A stretch of 64,000 bases of DNA from Auanema rhodensis. Taxonomy: Eukaryota > Animalia > Nematoda. Below, in pieces: positions 1 through 10,517 of this stretch (positions are counted from its first letter, which is position 1; each line of letters starts with the position of its first letter). Position numbers and translations under genes: made by a program. The notes below the pieces were generated by a model. It was not told the origin of the DNA and did not search any database. It saw only the letters and a program-made list of their open reading frames with translations. The stretch covers positions 2,356,001 to 2,420,000 of the forward strand of contig OZ059896.1 of the NCBI GenBank assembly GCA_964057225.1, read 5' to 3'.

Positions 1-8
1 AAATCGAG

Positions 9-30
9 GATATAAGTGTGAACTTATATC
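9..30. repeat. Perfect inverted repeat in the monomer: 9-bp stem, 4-nt loop (present in nearly every copy)
   Basis: GATATAAGT (9-17) - GTGA - ACTTATATC (22-30) are exact reverse complements. Confidence 0.95.
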
Positions 31-40
31 AGTTGATATC

Positions 41-107
41 TCGGTGCATTTTTAAGCTAGCGCAAATCTGATAACACAGATCGACGCAGCTTAAAAATCC
101 GCATCGA
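41..107. repeat. Long imperfect inverted repeat in the monomer (~67 bp)
   Basis: ATTTTTAAGCT (48-58) pairs with AGCTTAAAAAT (88-98), an exact 11 bp. Inner pairs are GCG (60-62)/CGC (85-87) and ATCTG (66-70)/CAGAT (77-81) around loop ATAACA. The outer pair is TCGGTGC (41-47)/GCATCGA (101-107) with one G-T pair and a CC bulge. Confidence 0.88.
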
Positions 108-222
108 ATGCACTATATTACATAGAGAAACGCTCAATACAAAAATTAGTTATGATCGTTTGAAAAATGATGCATTAGTGTATGTTGAGTTTCCATGTAC
201 ACTCAAAATTGCTTCCAAAAAC

Positions 223-257
223 ATTTTGACAAAAATTTTTTCGAAAAATTTCAAAAT
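223..257. repeat. Imperfect A/T-rich palindrome centred on TTCGAA in the monomer
   Basis: The core TTTTTCGAAAAA is a perfect 12-bp palindrome, flanked by ATTTTGA (223-229)/TCAAAAT (251-257). Confidence 0.85.
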
Positions 258-2455
258 AATTTAGCAAAAAGTAGATGTTTTTAGATTTCTTTTTTCGAGG
301 CAAAAACGATGGACAATGTTATTCAACGAAAAAATTAATTCTTCAGGGTGAAAATCGAGGATATAAGTGTGAACTTATATCAGTTAATATCTCGGTGCAT
401 TTTTAAGCTAGCGCAAATCTGATAACACAGATCGACGCAGCTTAAAAATCCGCATCGAATGCACTATATTACATAGAGAAACGCTCAATACAAAAATTAG
501 TTATGATCGTTTGAAAAATGATGCATTAGTGTATGTTGAGTTTCCATGTACACTCAACATTGCTTCCAAAAACATTTTGACAAAAATTTTTTCGAAAAAT
601 TTCAAAATAATTTAGCAAAAAGTAGATGTTTTTAGATTCCTTCTTCCAAGGCAAAAACGATGGACAATGTTATTCAACGAAAAAATTAATTCTTCAGGGT
701 GAAAATCGAGGATATAAGTGTGAACTTATATCAGTTGATATCTCGGTGCATTTTTAAGCTAGCGCAAATCTGATAACATAGATCGACGCAGCTTAAAAGT
801 CCGCATCGAACGCACTATACTACATTAAGAAAAGCCTAATACAAAAATTAGTTATGATCGTTTGAAAAATGATGCATTAGTGTATGTTGAGTTTCCATGT
901 ACACTCAAAATTGCTTCCAGAAACATTTTGACAAAAATTTTCCCGAAAAATTTCAAGATAATTTAGCAAAAAGTAGATGTTTTTAGATTCCTTCTTTCAA
1001 GGCAAAAACGATGGACAATGTTATTCAACGAAAAAATTAATTCTTCAGGGTGAAAATCGAGGATATAAGTGTGAACTTATATCAGTTGATATCTCGGTGC
1101 ATTTTTAAGCTAGCGCAAATCTGATAACACAGATCGACGCAGCTTAAAAATCCGCATCGAATGCATTATACTACATAGAGAAACGCTCATCACAAAAATT
1201 AGTTATGATCGTTTGAAAAATGATGCATTAGTGTATGTTGAGTTTCCATGTACACTCAACATTGCTTCCAAAGACATTTTGACAAAATTTTTTCGAAAAA
1301 TTTCAAAATAATTTCGCAAAAAGTAGATGTTTTTAGATTCCTTTTTTTGAGGCAAAAACGATGGACAATGTTATTCAACGAAAAAATTAATTCTTCAGGG
1401 TGAAAATCGAGGATATAAGTGTGAACTTATATCAGTTAATATCTCGGTGCATTTTTAAGCTAGCGCAAATCTGATAACACAGATCGACGCAGCTTAAAAG
1501 TCCGCATCGAATGCACTATACTACATTAAGAAAAGCTTAATACAAAAATTAGTTATGATCGTTTGAAAAATGATGCATTAGTGTATGTTGAGTTTCCATG
1601 TACACTCAAAATTGCTTCCAAAAACATTTTGACAAAAATTTTTTCGAAAAATTTCAAAATAATTTAGCAAAAAGTAGATGTTTTTAGATTCCTTCTTTCA
1701 AGGCAAAAACGATGGACAATGTTATTCAACGAAAAAATTAATTCTTCAGGGTGAAAATCGAGGATATAAGTGTGAACTTATATCAGTTGATATCTCGGTG
1801 CATTTTTAAGCTGGCGCAAATCTGATAACACAGATCGACGCAGCTTAAAAATCCGCATCGAATGCATTATACTACATGGAGAAACGCTCATCACAAAAAT
1901 TAGTTATGATCGTTTGAAAAATGATGCATTAGTGTATGTTGAGTTTCCATGTACACTCAACATTGCTTCCAAAAACATTTTGACAAAATTTTTTCGAAAA
2001 ATTTCAAAATAATTTCGCAAAAAGTAGATGTTTTTAGATTCCTTTTTTTGAGGCAAAAACGATGGACAATGTTATTCAACGAAAAAATTAATTCTTCAGG
2101 GTGAAAATCGAGGATATAAGTGTGAACATATATCAGTTAATATCTCGGTGCATTTTTAAGCTAGCGCAAATCTGATAACACAGATCGACGCAGCTTAAAA
2201 AACCGCATCGAATGCACTATATTACATTGAGAAAAGCTTAATACAAAAATTAGTTATGATCGTTTGAAAAATGATGCATTAGTGTATGTTGAGTTTCCAT
2301 GTACACTCAAAATTGCTTCCAAAAACATTTTGACAAAAATTTTTTCGAAAAATTTCAAAATAATTTAGCAAAAAGTAGATGTTTTTAGATTCCTTCTTTC
2401 AAGGCAAAAACGATGGACAATGTTATTCAACGAAAAAATTAATTCTTCAGGGTGA

Positions 2456-5400
2456 AAATCGAGGATATAAGTGTGAACTTATATCAGTTAATATCTCGGT
2501 GCATTTTTAAGCTAGCGCAAATCTGATAACACAGATCGACGCAGCTTAAAAGTCCGCATCGAATGCACTATACTACATTAAGAAAAGCTTAATACAAAAA
2601 TTAGTTATGATCGTTTGAAAAATGATGCATTAGTGTATGTTGAGTTTCCATGTACAATCAAAATTGCTTCCAAAAACATTTTGACAAAAATTTTTTCGAA
2701 AAATTTCAAAATAATTTAGCAAAAAGTAGATGTTTTTAGATTCCTTCTTTCAAGGCAAAAACGATGGACCATGTTATTCAACGAAAAAATTAATTCTTCA
2801 GGGTGAAAATCGAGGATATAAGTGTGAACTTATATCAGTTGATATCTCGGTGCATTTTTAAGCTAGCGCAAATCTGATAACACAGATCGACGCAGCTTAA
2901 AAATCCGCATCGAATGCATTATACTACATGGAGAAACGCTCATCACAAAAATTAGTTATGATCGTTTGAAAAATGATGCATTACTGTATGTTGAGTTTCC
3001 ATGTACACTCAACATTGCTTCCAAAAACATTTTGACAAAATTTTTTCGAAAAATTTCAAAATAATTTCGCAAAAAGTAGATGTTTTTAGATTCCTTTTTT
3101 TGAGGCAAAAACGATGGACAATGTTATTCAACGAAAAAATTAATTCTTCAGGGTGAAAATCGAGGATATAAGTGTGAACTTATATCAGTTAATATCTCGG
3201 TGCATTTTTAAGCTAGCGCAAATCTGATAACATAGATCGACGCAGCTTAAAAGTCCGCATCGAATGCACTATACTACATTAAGAAAAGCTTAATACAAAA
3301 ATTAGTTATGATCGTTTGAAAAATGATGCATTAGTGTATGTTGAGTTTCCATGTACACTCAAAATTGCTTCCAAAAACATTTTGACAAAAATTTTTTCGA
3401 AAAATTTCAAAATAATTTAGCAAAAAGTAGATGTTTTTAGATTCCTTTTTTCGAGGCAAAAACGATGGACAATGTTATTCCACGAAAAAATTAATTCTTC
3501 AGGGTGAAAATCGAGGATATAAGTGTGAACTTATATCAGTTGATATCTCGGTGCATTTTTAAGCTAGCGCAAATCTGATAACACAGATCGAAGCAGCTTA
3601 AAAATCCGCATCGAATGCACTATAATACATTAAGAAACGCTCAATACAAAAATTAGTTATGATCGTTTGAAAAATGATGCATTAGTGTATGTTGAGTTTC
3701 CATGTACACTCAAAATTGCTTCCAAAAACATTTTGACAAAAATGTTTTCGAAAAATTTCAAAATAATTTAGCAAAAAGTAGATGTTTTTAGATTCCTTTT
3801 TTCAAGGCAAAAACGATGGACAATGTTATTCAACGAAAAAATTAATTCTTCAGGGTGAAAATCGAGGATATAAGTGTGAACTTATATCAGTTGATATCTC
3901 GGTGCATTTTTAAGCTAGCGCAAATCTGATAACACAGATCGACGCAGCTTAGAAATCCGCATCGAATGCACTATATTACATTGAGGAAAGCTTAATACAA
4001 AAATTAGTTATGATCGTTTGAAAAATGATGCATTAGTGTATGTTGAGTTTCCATGTACACTCAAAATTGCTTCCAAAAACATTTTGACAAAAATTTTTTC
4101 GAAAAATTTCAAAATAATTTAGCAAAAAGTAGATGTTTTTAGATTCCTTCTTTCAAGGCAAAAACGATGGACAATGTTATTCAACGAAAAAATTAATTCT
4201 TCAGGGTGAAAATCGAGGATATAAGTGTGAACTTATATCAGTTAATATCTCGGTGCATTTTTAAGCTAGCGCAAATCTGATAACACAGATCGACGCAGCT
4301 TAAAAGTCCGCATCGAATGCACTATACTACATTAAGAAAAGCTTAATACAAAAATTAGTTATGATCGTTTGAAAAATGATGCATTAGTGTATGTTGAGTT
4401 TCCATGTACACTCAAAATTGCTTCCAAAAACATTTTGACAAAAATTTTTTCGAAAAATTTCAAAATAATTTAGCAAAAAGTAGATGTTTTTAGATTCCTT
4501 CTTTCAAGGCAAAAACGATGGACCATGTTATTCAACGAAAAAATTAATTCTTCAGGGTGAAAATCGAGGATATAAGTGTGAACTTATATCAGTTGATATC
4601 TCGGTGCATTTTTAAGCTAGCGCAAATCTGATAACACAGATCGACGCAGCTTAAAAATCCGCATCGAATGCATTATACTACATGGAGAAACGCTCATCAC
4701 AAAAATTAGTTATGATCGTTTGAAAAATGATGCATTACTGTATGTTGAGTTTCCATGTACACTCAACATTGCTTCCAAAAACATTTTGACAAAATTTTTT
4801 CGAAAAATTTCAAAATAATTTCGCAAAAAGTAGATGTTTTTAGATTCCTTTTTTTGAGGCAAAAACGATGGACAATGTTATTCAACGAAAAAATTAATTC
4901 TTCAGGGTGAAAATCGAGGATATAAGTGTGAACTTATATCAGTTAATATCTCGGTGCATTTTTAAGCTAGCGCAAATCTGATAACATAGATCGACGCAGC
5001 TTAAAAGTCCGCATCGAATGCACTATACTACATTAAGAAAAGCTTAATACAAAAATTAGTTATGATCGTTTGAAAAATGATGCATTAGTGTATGTTGAGT
5101 TTCCATGTACACTCAAAACTGCTTCCAAAAACATTTTGACAAAAATTTTTTCGAAAAATTTCAAAATAATTTAGCAAAAAGTAGATGTTTTTAGATTCCT
5201 TTTTTCGAGGCAAAAACGATGGACAATGTTATTCCACGAAAAAATTAATTCTTCAGGGTGAAAATCGAGGATATAAGTGTGAACTTATATCAGTTGATAT
5301 CTCGGTGCATTTTTAAGCTAGCGCAAATCTGATAACACAGATCGAAGCAGCTTAAAAATCCGCATCGAATGCACTATAATACATTAAGAAACGCTCAATA

Positions 5401-5961
5401 CAAAAATTAGTTATGATCGTTTGAAAAATGATGCATTAGTGTATGTTGAGTTTCCATGTACACTCAAAATTGCTTCCAAAAACATTTTGACAAAAATGTT
5501 TTCGAAATTTCAAAATAATTTAGCAAAAAGTAGATGTTTTTAGATTCCTTTTTTCAAGGCAAAAACGATGGACAATGTTATTCAACGAAAAAATTAATTC
5601 TTCAGGGTGAAAATCGAGGATATAAGTGTGAACTTATATCAGTTGATATCTCGGTGCATTTTTAAGCTAGCGCAAATCTGATAACACAGATCGACGCAGC
5701 TTAGAAATCCGCATCGAATGCACTATATTACATTGAGGAAAGCTTAATACAAAAATTAGTTATGATTGTTTGAAAAATGATGCATTAGTGTATGTTGAGT
5801 TTCCATGTACACTCAAAATTGCTTCCAAAAACATTTTGACAAAAATTTTTTCGAAAAATTTCAAAATAATTTAGCAAAAAGTAGATGTTTTTAGATTCCT
5901 TCTTTCAAGGCAAAAACGATGGACAATGTTATTCAACGAAAAAAATAATTCTTCAGGGTGA
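2456..5961 (+). repeat. 5-monomer higher-order repeat, two tandem copies, period 1754 bp
   Basis: Rare variants recur at +1754: TTACTGT 2984/4738 and TTCCACG 3481/5235, with CGAAGCAG and TTAGAAAT in the same order. Confidence 0.9.
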
Positions 5962-7362
5962 AAATCGAGGATATAAGTGTGAACTTATATCAGTTGATAT
6001 CTCGGTGCATTTTTAAGCTAGCGCAAATCTGATAACACAGATCGACGCAGCTTAAAAGTCCGCATCGAATGCACTATACTACATTAAGAAAAGCTTAATA
6101 CAAAAATTAGTTATGATCGTTTGAAAAATGATGCATTAGTGTATGTTGAGTTTCCATGTACACTCAAAATTGCTTCCAAAAACATTTTGACAAAAATTTT
6201 TTCGAAAAATTTCAAAATAATTTAGCAAAAAGTAGATGTTTTTAGATTCCTTCTTTCAAGGCAAAAACGATGGGCAATGTTATTCAACGAAAAAATTAAT
6301 TCTTCAGGGTGAAAATCGAGGATATAAGTGTGAACTTATATCAGTTGATATCTCGGTGCATTTTTAAGCTAGCGCAAATCTGATAACACAGATCGACGCA
6401 GCTTAAAAATCCGCATCGAATGCATTATACTACATGGAGAAACGCTCATCACAAAAATTAGTTATCTTCGTTTGAAAAATGATGCATTAGTGTATGTTGA
6501 GTTTCCATGTACACTCAACATTGCTTCCAAAAACATTTTGACAAAATTTTTTCGAAAAATTTCAAAATAATTTCGCAAAAAGTAGATGTTTTTAGATTCC
6601 TTTTTTTGAGGCAAAAACGATGGACAATGTTATTCAACGAAAAAATTAATTCTTCAGGGTGAAAATCGAGGATATAAGTGTGAACTTATATCAGTTGATA
6701 TCTCGGTGCATTTTTAAGCTAGCGCAAATCTGATAACACAGATCGACGCAGCTTAAAAATCCGCATCGAATGCATTATACTACATGGAGAAACGCTCATC
6801 ACAAAAATTAGTTATGATCGTTTGAAAAATGATGCATTAGTGTATGTTGAGTTTCCATGTACACTCAACATTGCTTCCAAAAACATTTTGACAAAATTTT
6901 TTCGAAAAATTTCAAAATAATTTAGCAAAAAGTAGATGTTTTTAGATTCCTTCTTTCAAGGCAAAAACGATGGGCAATGTTATTCAACGAAAAAATTAAT
7001 TCTTCAGGGTGAAAATCGAGGATATAAGTGTGAACTTATATCAGTTGATATCTCGGTGCATTTTTAAGCTAGCGCAAATCTGATAACACAGATCGACGCA
7101 GCTTAAAAATCCGCATCGAATGCATTATACTACATGGAGAAACGCTCATCACAAAAATTAGTTATGATCGTTTGAAAAATGATGCATTAGTGTATGTTGA
7201 GTTTCCATGTACACTCAACATTGCTTCCAAAAACATTTTGACAAAATTTTTTCGAAAAATTTCAAAATAATTTAGCAAAAAGTAGATGTTTTTAGATTCC
7301 TTCTTTCAAGGCAAAAACGATGGGCAATGTTATTCAACGAAAAAATTAATTCTTCAGGGTGA

Positions 7363-7712
7363 AAATCGAGGATATAAGTGTGAACTTATATCAGTTGATA
7401 TCTCGGTGCATTTTTAAGCTAGCGCAAATCTGATAACACAGATCGACGCAGCTTAAAAATCCGCATCGAATGCATTATACTACATGGAGAAACGCTCATC
7501 ACAAAAATTAGTTATGATCGTTTGAAAAATGATGCATTAGTGTATGTTGAGTTTCCATGTACACTCAACATTGCTTCCAAAAACATTTTGACAAAATTTT
7601 TTCGAAAAATTTCAAAATAATTTCGCAAAAAGTAGATGTTTTTAGATTCCTTTTTTTGAGGCAAAAACGATGGACAATGTTATTCAACGAAAAAATTAAT
7701 TCTTCAGGGTGA
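7363..7712 (+). repeat. Representative 350-bp monomer class (GCATTATACTACATGGAGAAACGCTCATCAC; ACTCAACAT; 4-A tract; ATTTCGCA; T7-GAGG)
   Basis: The set of linked diagnostic alleles recurs across the entire window (e.g. 21392, 28402, 36816, 42072, 61363). It has about 14 differences from the common 351-bp type. Confidence 0.93.
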
Positions 7713-10517
7713 AAATCGAGGATATAAGTGTGAACTTATATCAGTTGATATCTCGGTGCATTTTTAAGCTAGCGCAAATCTGATAACACAGATCGACGCA
7801 GCTTAAAAATCCGCATCGAATGCACTATATTACATAGAGAAACGCTCAATACAAAAATTAGTTATGATCGTTTGAAAAATGATGCATTAGTGTATGTTGA
7901 GTTTCCATGTACACTCAAAATTGCTTCCAAAAACATTTTGACAAAAATTTTTTCGAAAAATTTCAAAATAATTTAGCAAAAAGTAGATGTTTTTAGATTT
8001 CTTTTTTCGAGGCAAAAACGATGGACAATGTTATTCAACGAAAAAATTAATTCTTCAGGGTGAAAATCGAGGATATAAGTGTGAACTTATATCAGTTAAT
8101 ATCTCGGTGCATTTTTAAGCTAGCGCAAATCTGATAACACAGATCGACGCAGCTTAAAAATCCGCATCGAATGCACTATATTACATGGAGAAACGCTCAA
8201 TACAAAAATTAGTTATGATCGTTTGAAAAATGATGCATTAGTGTATGTTGAGTTTCCATGTACACTCAACATTGCTTCCAAAAACATTTTGACAAAAATT
8301 TTTTCGAAAAATTTCAAAATAATTTAGCAAAAAGTAGATGTTTTTAGATTCCTTCTTCCAAGGCAAAAACGATGGACAATGTTATTCAACGAAAAAATTA
8401 ATTCTTCAGGGTGAAAATCGAGGATATAAGTGTGAACTTATATCAGTTAATATCTCGGTGCATTTTTAAGCTAGCGCAAATCTGATAACACAGATCGACG
8501 CAGCTTAAAAATCCGCATCGAATGCACTATATTACATTGAGGAAAGCTTAATACAAAAATTAGTTATGATCGTTTGAAAAATGATGCATTAGTGTATGTT
8601 GAGTTTCCATGTACACTCAACATTGCTTCCAAAAACATTTTGACAAAAATTTTTTCGAAAAATTTCAAAATAATTTAGCAAAAAGTAGATGTTTTTAGAT
8701 TCCTTTTTTGGAGGCAAAAACGATGGACAATGTTATTCAACGAAAAAATTAATTCTTCAGGGTGAAAATCGAGGATATAAGTGTGAACTTATATCAGTTA
8801 ATATCTCGGTGCATTTTTAAGCTAGCGCAAATCTGATAACACAGATCGACGCAGCTTAAAAATCCGCATCGAATGCACTATATTACATAGAGAAACGCTC
8901 AATACAAAAATTAGTTATGATCGTTTGAAAAATGATGCATTAGTGTATGTTGAGTTTCCATGTACACTCAACATTGCTTCCAAAAACATTTTGACAAAAA
9001 TTTTTTCGAAAAATTTCAAAATAATTTAGCAAAAAGTAGATGTTTTTAGATTCCTTCTTCCAAGGCAAAAACGATGGACAATGTTATTCAACGAAAAAAT
9101 TAATTCTTCAGGGTGAAAATCGAGGATATAAGTGTGAACTTATATCAGTTGATATCTCGGTGCATTTTTAAGCTAGCGCAAATCTGATAACATAGATCGA
9201 CGCAGCTTAAAAGTCCGCATCGAATGCACTATACTACATTAAGAAAAGCTTAATACAAAAATTAGTTATGATCGTTTGAAAAATGATGCATTAGTGTATG
9301 TTGAGTTTCCATGTACACTCAAAATTGCTTCCAGAAACATTTTGACAAAAATTTTCCCGAAAAATTTCAAGATAATTTAGCAAAAAGTAGATGTTTTTAG
9401 ATTCCTTCTTTCAAGGCAAAAACGATGGACAATGTTATTCAACGAAAAAATTAATTCTTCAGGGTGAAAATCGAGGATATAAGTGTGAACTTATATCAGT
9501 TGATATCTCGGTGCATTTTTAAGCTAGCGCAAATCTGATAACACAGATCGACGCAGCTTAAAAATCCGCATCGAATGCATTATACTACATAGAGAAACGC
9601 TCATCACAAAAATTAGTTATGATCGTTTGAAAAATGATGCATTAGTGTATGTTGAGTTTCCATGTACACTCAACATTGCTTCCAAAAACATTTTGACAAA
9701 ATTTTTTCGAAAAATTTCAAAATAATTTCGCAAAAAGTAGATGTTTTTAGATTCCTTTTTTGGAGGCAAAAACGATGGACAATGTTATTCAACGAAAAAA
9801 TTAATTCTTCAGGGTGAAAATCGAGGATATAAGTGTGAACTTATATCAGTTAATATCTCGGTGCATTTTTAAGCTAGCGCAAATCTGATAACACAGATCG
9901 ACGCAGCTTAAAAGTCCGCATCGAATGCACTATACTACATTAAGAAAAGCTTAATACAAAAATTAGTTATGATCGTTTGAAAAATGATGCATTAGTGTAT
10001 GTTGAGTTTCCATGTACACTCAAAATTGCTTCCAAAAACATTTTGACAAAAATTTTTTCGAAAAATTTCAAAATAATTTCGCAAAAAGTAGATGTTTTTA
10101 GATTCCTTTTTTTGAGGCAAAAACGATGGACAATGTTATTCAACGAAAAAATTAATTCTTCAGGGTGAAAATCGAGGATATAAGTGTGAACTTATATCAG
10201 TTGATATCTCGGTGCATTTTTAAGCTGGCGCAAATCTGATAACACAGATCGACGCAGCTTAAAAATCCGCATCGAATGCATCATACTACATGGAGAAACG
10301 CTCATCACAAAATTAGTTATGATCGTTTGAAAAATGATGCATTAGTGTATGTTGAGTTTCCATGTACACTCAACATTGCTTCCAAAAACATTTTGACAAA
10401 ATTTTTTCGAAAAATTTCAAAATAATTTCGCAAAAAGTAGATGTTTTTAGATTCCTTTTTTTGAGGCAAAAACGATGGACAATGTTATTCAACGAAAAAA
10501 TTAATTCTTCAGGGTGA

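Larger units (their letters stand above)
1..351 (+). repeat. Representative satellite monomer (351-bp class: GACAAAAATTTTTTCG, 5-A tract, ATTTAGCA allele)
   Basis: The unit runs from AAATCGAGG at 1 to GGGTGA at 346-351, and the next unit begins at 352. A near-identical copy with the rare TTTCTTTTTTCGAGG allele is at 7713-8063. Confidence 0.97.

Noticed and set aside
9-30. TATAAG as a TATA box or the hairpins as bacterial intrinsic terminators
   Set aside because: Such motifs are expected by chance in 69% AT DNA. There is no downstream gene, and the stems are AT-rich without a properly placed U-tract.
315-331. CENP-B box on the minus strand (TTTCGTTGAATAACATT)
   Set aside because: It matches only the TTCG and central A of the NTTCGNNNNANNCGGGN core. 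The CGGG half is absent, so 5 of 9 essential bases could be chance.
1-351. Monomer as an ancient dimer of ~175-bp subunits
   Set aside because: By-eye comparison of the two halves shows no alignable similarity and their base composition differs. A sensitive self-alignment would be needed to exclude it fully.
1-351. Tandem RNA gene unit (5S rRNA, tRNA, snRNA, spliced leader)
   Set aside because: I see no recognisable 5S, tRNA or snRNA conserved motifs or Pol III A/B/C boxes, and the hairpins do not form a cloverleaf. An Infernal/Rfam search would be decisive.
1-351. Identity with Drosophila 1.688, Tribolium TCAST or Chironomus telomeric repeats
   Set aside because: Only the length and AT content are similar. 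I recognise no diagnostic sequence match, and the internal subrepeat layout described for Chironomus telomeric units is not evident.
9977-10168. 63-aa ORF (and its 11 copies) as a protein-coding gene or multigene family
   Set aside because: It has a TTG start and a K/F/I/N-rich composition dictated by A/T tracts, with no recognisable domain. It is open in only 12 of 182 monomers, and its open state is explained by the combination of two satellite polymorphisms.
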